Assembly (NCBI GenBank): GCA_012295275.1
Contig: CM022676.1
Coordinates: 8,122,001-8,186,000 of the forward strand
DNA from: Chrysomallon squamiferum
Lineage: Eukaryota; Animalia; Mollusca
Reading direction: 5' to 3'
DNA length: 64,000 nt
Shown here: one piece after another, positions 1 to 15,908 of the stretch
Layout: each line of letters opens with the position of its first letter
Position numbering within the stretch: the stretch's first letter is position 1
Program-made: the position numbers and the translations under genes
The notes under the pieces: generated by a model
Told to the model about the DNA's origin: nothing
The model's database searches: none
What the model saw: the letters and a program-made list of their open reading frames with translations, nothing else

Positions 1-170
1 TTGCTTTACAATTATTGTTGTTATTGTTATTACTGTGATTATTATTTTTTATTATTACTATTACTACTGTTACTATTACAACTATTACCACTGTTACTGC
101 ACAGTTTAGAGGGAACATTGACTATCCTCCTTCTTTTTCTTCTTCCTCCTCCTCCTTTTCTTTTTCTTTG

Positions 171-222
<52 letters not shown>

Positions 223-231
223 TCATTACAG

Positions 232-334
232 GGTGCATCGTGCACAAGCGAGCCAAGCAGTGTCCAGTGAGGCTTATCTGTTGTTTTATGAACTCTCTGG
301 CAGGTCTTCATCTTCGAAACTCAGCAGTTCTTAA
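232..334 (+). CDS. Terminal coding exon of a ubiquitin-specific protease (USP2/USP21-like); upstream exons lie outside the window
   Basis: Acceptor tttcattacag ends at 231. The phase-2 exon reads (R)VHRAQASQAVSSEAYLLFYELSGRSSSSKLSSS*, stop at 332-334. 'AYLLFYE' is the C-terminal motif of USP catalytic domains, and the short tail resembles USP2. Not in the ORF track. Confidence 0.8.
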
Positions 335-907
335 TACACTGCCTGTGATTGGCCACTCCAGAACTATGGAACAGTAACTGATATTGGACACTTGTTATGA
401 AGAATCTTCCATCCATTGGCTGTTTTGTCTGTTTTTGTTCCAGATTGTACATTTTCTGGAAGAGTGAATGATTAATCTGAAAGCTTCACTCTGATTGGTC
501 GAGTCAGATTTTCCTGTGATCACTGATTGGATAAGCTACCTCTAGCACGTTTCTGTTTTGATAGGACTGATACTAAGAATAGAGATCCATACTGAACAGT
601 ATTTATCAAGCTGCGATCTGATTGGCTCAAACCCACCTTCCTGTGACTTAATATTCATAGCAATTCGATAATGCTATAATAAATTATTTTACTTTGCTGG
701 GACAAAGATTTATTTATTACATTATTATTAATTTTTTTAAACCCAACAAAGATATTATTTTTTTCTTCTAGGGTTTTTTTTTTTTTTTCTATTTTTAACT
801 AATTCTTTTTCTAACTTAGTTTAAAAAAAAAAAAAAATAGATGCTGGTTGTTTCCATTTTGTATTTGAACTTTTTTTATGGCTGACATCAAATGATATGA
901 ATTTTTC

Positions 908-976
<69 letters not shown>

Positions 977-3409
977 TAAAGTTAAATATGAAAACTGGAT
1001 TGTCTGGTTTTCATATAATTATTTTCTTTCCTTTTTCAAGAACGACATTAACTTACTAGCATTGATCGTTCTTTTTAATTTTTATTATTAGTAGTAATAT
1101 TATCATTGTTAATTGGTGTTTTAAGAATGTAACAGTTTATGGTGTTTTTCAAAATAACTATCAGTTTGGTGTTTGTTCATAACCCATTCATATTAATGCA
1201 AACAGACTGTCAAGAGTTTTATTCAACATGTTTGTTCATTTTTATTTATTTTATCATTTAAACATCGTTAATTTTACATAGTTGCCTTAAAGTTCTGTCA
1301 GAATATGGTAGCTGTTCTTTTAAATTTTATTTATATTTGATTTATCCTTCAAAATATACATACACATCATCTGATTGCTGTTAAAGTTGTATTTGTTAAA
1401 ATCTATAAATTTTTTTAAATTATTTTTATTAATTATTATTAATTCATACAAGTATTAAACTAGATTATTTCCTAAAGGTTCATAAGCACTAAAACTAGGT
1501 TATTTATTAAAAGGATTAGTAATCAGTTTAAGATAAAATAATATGAGATTGAAATGGTTGAGTTTTGATAATATAAAGTTGAAAGTTTATACCACACTGA
1601 GTTCAGGCATTGACAGTTGATGATAAAAACTTGTGATCTGATCATCTTAAATATATTTTAAATCAGAATATACCAAATTACATAGTAATGTACTGAGAGC
1701 ATTAATTTCTTGGCTTGTTAGCATTTTTGGTATTATTAATTACAAGCTGAATTTAATATCAGAGCAGTATTTTTTTCTGAATAAAACACCATCTCTAGCT
1801 TAATAGACTTGTTACTATGCATGAAAATTAACTACTGTTGATTTTTTCAAAACAATTTAAGCTACATTTTATGTAGAATAACGTGAACTAAGGCTTTATG
1901 CTTACCATCATTTTCTGGTTTAAAGTATGAAAGAAAAAGAGAAGAATAAAAGAATGATGAATAAGAATCTCTTTAGAAAAGAAAATAGTTTACTGTCATT
2001 TTCTTTTTCTTTTTTTCCTTTTTTTTTGACTTCAGTATTTGAAATCATAAGAATTATTATTATTATCCATTTTTGAAAATTATTTAAAAATACAGTGTAT
2101 CTTTTGAAAAGATGAAGTCTGCTTTTTTTTTCTTTTCTTTTTTTTCAGTATCTGAAATCATAACACTTGGTATAAGAACCTATTTAGAAAGATATGTAAG
2201 AACTGTTTATTTATTTTTAGCTAAGAATCTATTTTAGTTCAGTATCTTAAATTTTAATAATTTCTGTACAGTTGTCTTAGAAAAATGAAATGGATTCAGT
2301 CTTTCTTCAGTACTAAATTATTTGAAATAATTAAAATAATAAAATAAAACTGAATGAAAAATGTCTTACTGATAAAATTACTGCAAAATAAAAACTGGTA
2401 TGGTATGCAGTTTTTATTACAGCTTTTTTTAACAGCAATAATGAAAGTCTAGTTATTTTATTTGTCCATCTATTATTCTGCAAACAAACCTTCATTACTG
2501 CTGTTATGTGTTTAAAAATATAATATTTTAGATTGAGATCACTGATAGGATTTTCTAATAATAATAACATCACTCTATATTTATATGAATTATGAAGTAT
2601 ACAGGAATGTATATATATTTTTACTATTTATTTACTGGTTTAGGGAAATGTGCTTAGAAAAGTGCTTAGAAAAATTAACTGAGTTTTAGACAGAATGTTC
2701 TTTTTAGATATACAGTTAAAATGTGTTTTTAGAATATATGACATTGTCCATAACATGATCTGAACCATTGAATTCTTTAAATGTTTTCCTCTGAAGTACA
2801 CCTAAAAATAACACTTTATTTATAATATTACAGAAAAAATAGAGGTTTTATATATTTTTTTTTTTTTTAATAATTTATTCTTATTTATTAATGCTCAGTT
2901 TGTTATAACGTGACAGCAGAAAGATAACCATTAAAGTATATTACATATGTTTGATATAAAAATACCCAACAAGTGCATTTATTAATGTTTTATAAACTAC
3001 ATCTGATATCTATCACAAGTATCACCCATTAAAGGTTTAGTGTACATATTTAATATACTTTAATATGCTACAGCATGAAGAAGTCATAGAAGTTTACATC
3101 ATGAAGTTTACAAATGTGTAATTCTAAATTATTTATCATATTTTTAAACACAATTTTAGTATTTTTATCATTAGGTGAAAATAGTAATTTACAGTTATTA
3201 TTTTTGTTTGTGAAAGAAATTAATTTCCCACCGATTACATGATGGTCATATTTTGTCTTCTTTTTATATCTTTGTCACAAGTACACATCCATAATATGTG
3301 ATAATTATATCAAAATATTTACCGAATTTCATATTCCACCAGATGCATTTTGGAAATATTTCACTTGCTTTTTTTTTTTTTTTCTTAATTTAATTTAATT
3401 TTATTATTA

Positions 3410-3446
<37 letters not shown>

Positions 3447-5094
3447 CATCATCATCATCAACATTTAATAATATATTTAGTTATTTATTTATTTATACAT
3501 TTTTTTTTTTTTTTGTTTAATATATCTAAGCATCCATAATGTATCATAATTATATCAAATTATTTTTAAGATTTCAAATCCCAATGCAGTAATCTCAGAC
3601 ATATTTATTTCTTCTTATTATTTATTTGTTTATTTATGTCTGCTTTATATTGTTATAGATTATATGAAGAATATATTTATCACCTTCAAAACTGTACCAG
3701 AACTATTATTTTATTTTGTTGTCATCATATCAGGAATGTACCAAATTATGTGTAACAGGACAAGTATGTTATTATGGAGTGTGGTATTTCTGAGAAGTTC
3801 TCATAAATTGAAACTAAGATTGAAAATAATTATAGGTTAAGTACCAATATTTGTCAAGCATGTTAAAAGATAAACATAAAGAAAAATGATAAATTGTTAA
3901 AAAATAAATTTTGTTTTTAAATGATTGCTTTTGATTTCATCCTCTTTTATTAATTATTTTTTTTATTATTATTTTTTTTTTTTTAATGTCATAATGCTTT
4001 TCATGCATTTTTATTGTTGCTTTTTATTTTTTTTCAATTCTATAAGTTTCTTTGCAATAATAAATGAATTAAAAATAATGAAATAAAATAATAATGAAAA
4101 TTGTTTTTTTTCCAAAAATATTTATCAATTTTCCTTGAAGTTCCTTATAAATAAAAAAATAAGATATAATAAAAAAAGAATAAATCTGGATTTTAATGAT
4201 TATAGTTATATCGGAATTAATCTTAATTATCCAACATATTTATTTATTTATTATGTCCATCTGTGTTTTAACAGTTTTAAAACTTGAGGTTTATCATAAA
4301 TCCAAATTTCTTTAATTTTAAATAAAATGATTTTTTTAACATATTTGAGAAAATCTACCTGGATATTTTTCAGACATGCACACACTTAGTTATAATGGCA
4401 AATAAACCATTGACAGTATTTTTCAAAACATTGTGTTTTAATTATGCAAGCACTGTGTTTCATCTGTGATAACAATATTTATATATACTGTGAAAAAATC
4501 ATTATTATTATTATTATTTTTCCCTTGAGTGTTTGGTGTATTTTAGGCACATATTGTTTTAGTTCAAGAACACTAGTGAGTAATATTTTAACATATATAT
4601 ATATACTTGTAAGATTTTTCTTTTAGTATATATAAGTTGTACATAACAGTTGGCCATTAGATATGCTGTATAATCTGTCTCATTTGTGATAATAACATTA
4701 GTTATATAATAAAGATTTTATGTAAAAAGTCTTATAATTTACCCATTTTGTGATAATAACTGTAGTTTATTAATAGTCTCTCATTAGGTATGTTTTATAA
4801 CTTTTAATATAAAAAAAAAAATGTGTGGAATAGTCAGCCATTTTGTATGTTTTATGATCTGTAGAACCATCCTTTACATAATATAAATTGTATATAATAA
4901 TCAGATACATAATCCGTTTATGATGATCGACATACTAAGTTACGTTTTGATTTTAAATCTGTTTTGTTTTAGTGCGGTTTTTTTGTTTTCTAAGATTTGT
5001 TTACATGATCTTGTTGTCATGTCTGTTTGTATTTGTTACCATTTGTTAAAACTCATTAATATTCCACTTGTAAACGAAATCTGTATTTTGTTAT

Positions 5095-6420
5095 TTCTGA
5101 CTCTCCTATGATGTCACATTAAGGAGAGTATATCTATGTATTGTTTATTAATCACATCAGCTGAAATAATAATAATATATTTCTCACAAACACATCTCTG
5201 TATTGATATTGTATTAAGGAGAGTACGACAAAAAAATAAGGAGAGTGCATAACTAATGTGTAACTCTCCTATAACAAAATAACAAGAATATATCTTTAAG
5301 GAGAGTGCTACAATATAATGTTACAGTGAGTATGACAACATCTTTTCAATTCTATAATATAACAATAAGGAGAGTTCTTTTTTTTTTTTTACTCTCCTAT
5401 AATGAAATAATAAGAATATTTCTTGATCCTTAAAGAGACTGACACCATTGTTTACAATTCAACAATATAAAAAGGAGAGATTTTTACAGTTCTGCACTGT
5501 AACAATAACAGTATTGTTTATTTTTAACTCCGAAAATGAAATAATAATAATATATTTCATCCTTTAATACAGCATTAAGGAGAGAATGAACCATTGTTTA
5601 CAAATCAGCAATATTAAGGAGAGTATGACAGTGTTTACAGTTCTACAATAAGGAGAGTTTATCACTTATTTTCAGCTCTCCTGTAATGAAATAATAATAA
5701 TATATTTTGACCTTTAATACTGCATTAAGGAGAGTGACACTATTCTAAAATGTAATATTAAGCAGAGTATGACACTATTGTTTTCAGTTCTTCTACAATA
5801 TAACAATAAGGAGAGTGTCAACTGGTTATTTACTATTTTTCAGTAAAGAAATAACAATATAAACTCTCCTTGACAATATTATTGTGATGTATGTGGGAGC
5901 ATTGTTTAACACTGAGGAGGTTGTGTCAATATTGTTTTCAAATCTACAATATAACCATCAAAGAGAATGAAAATATTGTTTACAGTTCTACAATATAACT
6001 ATTAAAAAGAATGAAAATGTTGTTCACAGTTCTACAGAATAACTTAAGGAGAGTTATTCTTGTTTACAATTCTTTAATATCAAGGAAAGAATGACAATAT
6101 TTATGATTCTACAATACAATATTAAGGAGAGTGTTTTGTGTTCACAATCTACAGGGTAATAAGGAGAGTGACAGTGCTGTTTACAATTCTACAACATAAC
6201 ATTAAGGAGAGTGACAATATTTTTTGCAATTCCTTAACATAACATTAAGGAAAGTGTGACAATGTTTACAGTTCTACTGAATAATACTTGGGAGAATGCA
6301 TAACATATTAGTAGCTTACTATTAATATTATGGAGAGTTTGAAAGATTGTTTACAATTCTCATACAATATTTAATTAAGGAGTGTCATTGGTCTCCTATG
6401 ATATATCATTAAGGATCTTA
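5095..6420. repeat. Degenerate ~45-bp minisatellite with core ttaaggagagt, in both orientations
   Basis: Many copies of (tattgtttacaattctacaatataac)attaaggagagt(gaca) plus inverted actctcct copies. An inverted copy of 5700-5736 occurs at ~12176-12212. Confidence 0.75.
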
Positions 6421-8622
6421 TAACAATGACTTTCATAGCCTATTGGATGAAATTGTCGTAAATATTTTATAATGGCTAAATAATTTTTCCAAATACGACA
6501 CTGATTAAAATGGTTTGAACAACAACAAAAACAACATTTAAAAAACAAAACAAACAAAAACAATACAACAATAATAAGTAATAGTCACTTTTCAGAAGTT
6601 TTCAACATAAATTAAAAAAAATAACATCACGTCTGAACTATTAGACATTTGGATCTTTGTGACAAAAGGAACTTTAGAACATAAGTGCATTTCAGATACA
6701 CTTGTATTAGAAAATGGAAGTTCAGAATATACACTGAGTTCACATATACTGTAAAAACAACTAGAAATGTGTACAGGATAACAAGATAATACCAGTAATT
6801 TATTTCAAAGAAACTGGATTCGTTAATGTAGTTTGAAGACCCCAGGCTATTTAGTGTCACTTTCTTCAAATACCCTTATTTTTATTTCTCATGAAATTCC
6901 ATTACATAATACTTCACATATGTAGCTACAGGTTTTTGGTAATGTTCACAATATTTTACAACAGGGATTTCTGTCATGAGTGTAATATGAATAGACATTT
7001 GGATTCATAAATATAAAAGATATATATGCATATCAGGCTTACAGAGAAATATTTCTTATATTATAACCATATAATAAAACCTAAATGTACTTACCATTCA
7101 TTTATTTGTTGACTTGCTCTCTCTATCCAACCTTTCTCTTCCCTCCCTCCCTCTTTTTTCTCTGTCTCTCCCTCTTTCTCTTTCTGTTTCTCACCCCTTT
7201 CTCCTTCTTCTCCCTGCCTATTTTTATCTGTATTGCTAAGGAACTTTAATGAATTAGTGTTAATGATTATAAGCTTTTGGTCAAGCTGTTACATTAATAT
7301 CAGAAAGAAAATGCAGCACCATAATTCTAATATTAGTTAGCAACAAGTAGTTTTTCATAAGCACTTTCCAGTAAACAGGAAAGGACGCAAACTATAATTT
7401 CAAATTTTTGTTGGGGGGGGACTGAGAACAGCTACTGCAGCAGATATAGACCCCTCAACCCATTACTTCAACTACTACTCTGCTGCTACTACTGCTGCTA
7501 CTACTACTACTACTACTACTACTACTGTTATTATTAATTTGTTGTGATTATGTTGTTATAATCTTTTGTTAAATTCCGTCCACTGTTGTTGTTTTGTTTC
7601 TGTTTTTTCGATTGTTGATAATTTTTACTTTTTCTTATTTAAAATAAAATTAGTGCAAATTTCAGTAGTTCTTGAGTAAAATAGGAATGCCCATTGCTTT
7701 TAATAAATACAGAGATTAACATTCACAGAATAATGAGACAGAGAGAGAGAGAGTGAGTGTGTATGTTTTGCTTATAATTTTAGTTTAAAGTAAGATTTTC
7801 TTTAACCAGTTAAATTTCCAAATATTCTTTTATAAACTTAATTCTTACCTGAAATCTCTACAGCAGCCATATTGAATTTTAAAAACTTTAGAGCAGTTCA
7901 ATGCCTTTGTTTTCATTATTACTCTGATATCCAAAATGAATTTTTTTTTTTTTTTTTGAAATCCATAAATCAAAATGTCTTTATAAATTAAACAGAATGT
8001 TTTGGTTAGGATCAGATGTAAATAGTATTGTTACTTTACCAAGCTTTTTATAATGTAACTATATGACTAAATCCGAGTGCACAATTCTATCATATATTCA
8101 GATCTTGTTTGTATATAATATTAATAATAATAATAATGTTGTTATGCTGTGATTTTAAACTGAATTGTGTGTGTGTTATTTATTTTACAATCATATTCAT
8201 TAATATATGAAAAAAATAATAATAATAAAAAAACAATACATTATTTTGAAGATTTGTACATATATTCACAATCATCCAAAACATTGTCTTGTTTTAAGTC
8301 TATTCAAAAAAAAAGAAGTAAAAAGCAAAAATTAAAAAAAAAATTGTATTAAAATGTAAATATATTTTCATTACACTTTCAATTTTTGATCTTGGATTAT
8401 GTTGTTTAGTGGATTATCAGATTAGCTCTAAATATTAAGGAGAATTTTGCTACTGAAATGTATTATAATTATGACCACTGTTTTTGTTATTTTCTAAAAT
8501 TGTTTTCTGCACTTAGATTTCTCACTTTTAAAGCTTTTTATTTTAATTTTTATCTATTATTATTATTATTATTATTATTATTGTTATTGTTATTGTTGTT
8601 ATTATTATCATCATCATCATCA

Positions 8623-8685
<63 letters not shown>

Positions 8686-8784
8686 TCGTTGTTATTGTTA
8701 TTATTATTAAATCAAAAGCAATAAAATTTATAACTTACATTCTTTTCTTAAATAACATTTTGTACCTATTCAGAAATCAAAATC

Positions 8785-8816
<32 letters not shown>

Positions 8817-9949
8817 TTTTATTTATTTATTTGTTTATTTATTTTATTTACAAGACTGAAACAAACTGATAATACATTATTAACATTTTATAGAATGCCA
8901 AACAAATGGATACTGGGAAAAGAATAAAGGCATTAGACACTAAAAGTATGGGCAAAAAAATTTGATACTAGACAATTATTACTATATGACCTTCAGGTCA
9001 TATCATGGTTTTGACACTATGAACAGTTATCCTAGATTATGTTGTATAAGTTATTTGGCATCATGTTTAGCTATCATTATTTGTACTTGTTTTGACTCTG
9101 TTAAACATAAAACCTTCTGTCTCTGACCTTTTAACATACAAAGCCTTTCTTATGGGCAGATAGCTTAGGTTCATGCTTCATCGTGTTAAAACACAGTTGC
9201 ATCAACCTCAAATCACACAAAAATAAACCAGGTCCTATCCTCAAAAGCTTTGCAGCTTATCATGTTTTTTCCCATTCCACCCACACTGAATTAAAACTCT
9301 TTTTTTTAGTGAAAATATAACTTGATTCTTTGAATCAGAATTCTGATATTCAGTTGATATACTTATGCTATCATTCATACGTCCAGTGTCATTTTTAAGC
9401 AGACTGCTTAAGTTTGATAACGAAATATTTAGTTCCTCAAATTTCTGTCAGATTGATATTAACTATAATTATCTTTGTTAACTGATTTGTACTTGGGTTT
9501 TTGATACAAATTCATGATAACTTACTGCATTAGAAATATTTTACATTATATGTTCTGCTTATCTGAAACATACACCAAGCCTTTTCTAAATTTTCATTCT
9601 AATTCTACAGGTAAAATGAGAAATTGAAGGTAAACATTTAGTAAAATTGTTCACATGTGCCAAATATTTTATTTCCTAAGTTGATACACAGTTTTCATCA
9701 AAAATAAACACTCATATCATTTACTCCTGGATGATAACGTAAGTATAAAATGAATGATAACATAAGTATAAAATGAATGATAACATAAGTACATAATGCA
9801 TGGTTTGTTAATGAGCATAATACTGGTATATCATTAGTCAAATTATTTTATATTCATTTATATGTATTGAAAATAAAATAATTGTAATGAGTATGAAGGT
9901 CTTTCAATCAAATAAAATGTGCATATCTGGTAAAATAGTCCAATTAATG

Positions 9950-10330
9950 GGTCAGCAACTCAAATACATTTTTTATTTTATAATGGATAGGTAGATTGTT
10001 CAAATATATACATTTCTTTATAATGTAGAGATTAATCACAAAAATACATATATTTCTTATTTATAATGGATAGGTTAGTCACTAAAATGTATACATTTCT
10101 TAATTTATAATGTATTGATCAAACATTAAAATATATACATTTCTTTCTTTTATAGGTCAAACGCTAAAATGCATAAATTTCTTTATTCACAATGTATAGG
10201 TCGATTATTCATATATATAGGTCAAACAATGAAATACATACATTTCTTCATTTGTAACGTGTAAGTCAGTAACTCAAATATATCCACTGCTTTATTTATA
10301 ATGTATTTTTAGGTCAGTTATTCAAATTTA
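9950..10330. repeat. Degenerate ~42-bp tandem repeat
   Basis: Recurring atatacatttctttatttataatgtataggtcaa-like units. Confidence 0.55.
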
Positions 10331-10694
10331 AAGTGTTAGTAGTATTTAAGCACTTTCACATTTCATTTGTTCTTACCAGTTTTTGTTTAGCATAAATATG
10401 TACATAATTTATTTTTATTTTATTTTTATATTTTTATATTTTTTATTTTTTATTATTATTATTATTTTTACATATTATTTTATTATTGTTTTATTTATTT
10501 ATATTTATTTTCTTCTTTTTAATTTTTTTTTTTTTCCTCCTTTTTTCCCTCATACACTAGATTTGATTACTGTGTACATTTATTATCTAACATTTTAAAA
10601 TCAGTGACACTTTATTAACTGTTTCCATCTGTAAAGGTGAAACCACCACATAAAGAATTAGGGAGGGGCTGAGAAAACATGAAACCTAAACTGA

Positions 10695-11000
10695 ATGTTT
10701 AAAATTGCCCTTGGATCCACTATGGGTTTAATTTTCTATTGAATCCACCATGGATTTTAAGACTGCCCATACATTAACTGTAGGTTTATGTCATGTGTTT
10801 AAAACTGCCTATGGACAATAATGTGTTTATGGTTGCCCTTGGATCCATAATGGATTTTGTTTACTCTAGAATCCATCATGGGTTAAGGATTGCCCATGGA
10901 TCCACTATATGTTTAAAATGGGCTATAAATCCATCATGGATTTAAAATGCCTATGAATTCATCACAGGTGAATTTGCCCCTGGATCCACTGTGGATTTAG
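10695..11000. repeat. Degenerate ~33-bp tandem repeat
   Basis: Recurring ttaaaattgcccttggatccactatgggt-like units. Confidence 0.65.
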
Positions 11001-11261
11001 GTTTAATGATTTTTGGATATTGGCTGTTGGAATTCTGAATGTAAAGGTTAATGTCCTGTGAGGAATTTGTTTTATGGTTACTGTTTCTGGTAGGTCACAA
11101 CAGTTTTTGTAAATTAACACTCATCTTGTGGAAAAAAAATTTAATTTGTGAAATGTGTTGTTGTTTTTTTAACATATTTGTTTTCTTGCAGAGAAATAAA
11201 CTATTTATGCAGTAATTGTTGTTTTTTTTTTCTTAATATTTGCCTGTCATTTCTTTTGTCT

Positions 11262-11307
<46 letters not shown>

Positions 11308-11910
11308 TCATAAGCATCCATTACACAAACACTCTCAAACACACACGTACGTATACGAACCAGAAAATGTAACAGGAAATGAAAGTGTATAAAACAGTTG
11401 CTATTCTGAATATTTAGTATGTATATATTTTAGAAAACTATATATATATATATATATTCTGATGTAATATCCAATTCCAACATATGGATCATTGAGAAAC
11501 AAGATACTATAACCATCAGTTTTTTAACCAAGACCTAAAACTGATCAAAAAAAGAAAAGAAAAATCAGGTTCTAACTTTTGTTTCACTGCCTGTGTCACT
11601 GTGTGTGTGTGTGTTAAATTGAAAGTTCGAATGAACTTTTAGGCTGAATTCTTTAAACAAACAAAACAAACATTCCCCAAAACAACAACAATGAATTTCA
11701 AAAGCTTAGTGTTGTTTATTACATTTTGAATACATGAAAATGCTTGGAATAGATACAGGCAAAACATAATTCAACACAAACATGTTATTTCAGTTTTTAC
11801 AGTTACAGTATATGACATTACTATTATTATTATTATGATCATGATTATTATTGTTATCATCATCATCATAATTATTATTAGGACTATTATTATTACAACT
11901 ATTATTATTA

Positions 11911-11966
<56 letters not shown>

Positions 11967-12345
11967 GTAATCAGTCTGTACACAATATTTTTTTGTCTTT
12001 GGAAATACTGGGTAATAGTAAAAATGCACAACAGCTATTGTTTTTATGTACATTATACAACAAACAAATAAACAATTTAAAAAACCAATAAACAAACACA
12101 CCAGAGAAATAAAAGTATCCTCATAGATGCAACTTTGGTAAAACTATATCAACACTTCCAATGGTGTCTCTATGGCACTCTCCTTAATGCAGTATTAAAG
12201 GACAAAATATATCAGTAATGTTTTAAAACTGTTTACCAACTATAATTTGTCATGTGCTATAACATATATTTGGTTATATTTTTGGTAATTTTGCTTATGT
12301 AATAACATTAAATTATTTATTTATATATTTATATATTTCAAAGAG

Positions 12346-12404
<59 letters not shown>

Positions 12405-13297
12405 GAAGAAGAAGAAGAAGAAGAAATAAATAAATAAACAAATAAACAAATAAATAAATATATCCAAAAAGAAAATTAAGGACTGTACGACATATAATAA
12501 ACATAATCAGGCATTTATCTGTTCTTGTTTTGTGGGTTTCTCCTGTATTTCTTCAACACAATCACTATCACAAATGCTTAGAACTCAGTAGTTGTCATTC
12601 CTGCTGCCTCTAAAGGCAAGATATACCCTAGCTGCATATGGCATTTCATACTAATACACATTCAGCCAGTGTAATCAGAGAATACTTAAAATTTGTGCAG
12701 GGTAACCTTTTTATCACATAGATAATTTGTATATTCATTATGACAGTACTTAATAGAATTCTTTTCATACATCCTTTAGCCTGTCTTCTGATTCTCTCTC
12801 TCTCTCTCTCTCTCATTCTCTAACTTACAATTGTTTTCTCTCTCAAACATACAAACACAGTTTTTTTATCACATAAAGAAAACTATTTACCTCATCCATC
12901 CATCTACACGCATACAAAAACATTTAGGCACTAATCTAGAAACCTGTTATTAACAGAAATAAAAGGTGTATCCCAAAGGTATCATCTATTCAAATGCTCA
13001 TATGAATATGAAAGATAGACACAGATAAACACATATAAAATTTAGTACCAGTATCCAATACAAACTTAAATATTTACACTCAAGTTAAAAATGTATCTAA
13101 GTAGGTGAGCTATTCATTAACAAAACAAAAAACCTGTTTATTCATTTATTCATTGTCTGAATAAAATCAAGTATTTATATTCCTATAATATCATGCAGAA
13201 TCTTGTATTTCTGTGATTATCATATTAAACACAAACTGTAAGTAGTTTACTTATAAATAAAAAAAAATAAAATAAAATAAAATAAAATAAAATAAAA

Positions 13298-13332
<35 letters not shown>

Positions 13333-13534
13333 AAAAAAATAAAAAAAAATAAAATAAAATAAAATATAATATAAAATAAAAAATAAAATAAAATAAAATA
13401 AAATAATAGAAAATAAAAAATAAAAAATAAAACAAAACAAAATAATAAACACCTATTCATTCATTTATGTTCTGAACACCTGAATTATAACACCTGAAAC
13501 ATAACAATGAGATTCTGTGATCAAACCTGTTGGT

Positions 13535-14010
13535 GTATATCCCAGTTAACAAATTATTGAATCTCCTAGCAACAAAATCAAAAAGACATTACCAAGAACT
13601 AACTACATCTTATTAAAGAAATATCTGGTTCTAACTGGTTCACTAACCAAGGGACAAAATTTAAACATCTATCAAGAGTTTACTCTGATTTAAAAAATAT
13701 ACAAGTAGAATATCCAATTCCAACATACTGCCTAATGAGCAACAGTATCCAAAATTCATGACGTCTTTACCAAGAGTTAATGCTGATTAAAACAAAATAT
13801 CCCATTCCAGCTGTCTCACTAAACAAGCAACAAGAACCAGCATGCATCAGGTATGTATCAAAACAACTCCAATTAAAAAAATATATTATTGGAATATCCA
13901 GTTCCAACCTGTTGTCAGACTGTGCAACAAGACCCAATGATGCTAGCTATCTACCAAGAGCTAATACTGATTAAAAAAAAATATATATCCTGTTCCAACT
14001 TTAGTTTCAT
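13535..14010. repeat. Degenerate ~80-90-bp tandem repeat
   Basis: Recurring atatccagttccaac...ctaccaagag(t/c)taat(g/a)ctgattaaaa units; a related copy lies at ~11468-11580. Confidence 0.55.
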
Positions 14011-14712
14011 ATAGCAAACATGAACTTAGACCAGATCAACGACACTCATGAATATGTATAAGACTAATTTAAATAAATGAATGAATTTTTTTGTGGTATC
14101 AAATTAAATGCCAAGTCTTTGTTTTAATGAAACATTAATTAACATCGTTTTTAAAATTAAAAAATTATATTTAAAAATTCACAGCCATCCTTCTGTATAA
14201 AATTCCTTTTTAAATACTTACTGACATCAGAAATTATTTTAACTGACAAAATATAAAAATAAATAAATAAATAGTAATAATTTAAGAAATAAATAAATAA
14301 TTATGAGTTATTCCATGAAGAATTTCAAAATTGTATTTATTTTATTCTTCTCATTAATATTTTTAGATGTTCAATTGTACTGAATACACAAAATACAAGT
14401 TTTAAAACACTATAACTGTCATTATATTGAATGAAAACTAAAAATAAGTCATTTCAAATTGGACCAGTTAAGAATTTTAGCATTCAGCAATTCATATATT
14501 TATGTTCAACACATCAAAAAATATATTTAGTATCTTTATATACAAATTTGTTATTTATTAAGCTTATTTTTGTTGTAAATTCTTTTTTCTTTTTACATTA
14601 AAATTTGAAATAATAATAATAATAATAATAACAATAACAGTAATAATTTTTTAATTTATATTCTGTGTCTAAGATATATATGTCATCAATTTTTAAAAAA
14701 TAAACAAAATCA

Positions 14713-14764
<52 letters not shown>

Positions 14765-15805
14765 CAACAATAACAATAACAATAAAAATAACAATAATAT
14801 AATAAATGAAAAAAGTTTCAGCTTAGCAATAACAACTCTGTCTTTAAGTACCTTTTATGGAAACTGGTCCTATGTTTGAATTATTTGATTTAAATTAAAA
14901 ATATTTTTAAACAGCTGATGTGTGCATATTTAAAATAACCCAAGTCTGTCATATATATAACAAATCTTTTCAGTTTTAAATGACAATTCCTGTGAAGAAA
15001 AATGATGGTACCTGATACAAATATAATTTCAACAGATATTTAGACCAGTTTCAAGAATTGTTAAAATACCAAAAATGTTTCCAGTGGAAGCATTTTAGAT
15101 ATTTTATGCATTTCCTGTTCAAAATTCGTTTCAGATAGGAAAGCTTGATTTTATAAAGATTTAAACATTTTGTACATTTCTTGGACATTACTTTTATTTC
15201 TAAATGAATGACTGACATCTGAGATTCAGAAAAATAAATATAAAATAATGATGTCATTATCATCATAATTATCATTTTAAAAATTTAATAATAATAATAA
15301 TAATAATAATAACAATAACAATAACAATATTAAGGAAAGGAAAATGGCAACTTAATTCTCTTAAAAAGCATTATTTTAAAAACTTTATTATCAGCAAAGA
15401 ATGATAACTAAAAAAAAAAAAAAAAAAAAGCCATTCACTTTGATATATGCAAAATTTATTTAGACTACATATCTGCAGCAAATATAGGCACAGAAATATT
15501 GTAATATGAATATTTTGATCTAAATTAAAGCATATAAAATGTTTTACATAAATGTAACAAGTTGTGTCCATCACCACAATAATCTGTACAATGTGAAATT
15601 TGTCACAGATGAAGTTACGAAAAAAAGAAAAAAAAAAAAAAAAAAAAAGTTTTATATTACAACTTTACAGGTGTATCAAAATAAAAAATAAAGTTATAAA
15701 ATGTAAATTTATGTATTATGTAAGAAACCATTTACATTATTCATGTACAAAATTTACAACAGTGAAATTATAACTTTTTGAAAAATTATTTTGTAAATTT
15801 TGAAA

Positions 15806-15849
<44 letters not shown>

Positions 15850-15854
15850 TAATA

Positions 15855-15908
<54 letters not shown>

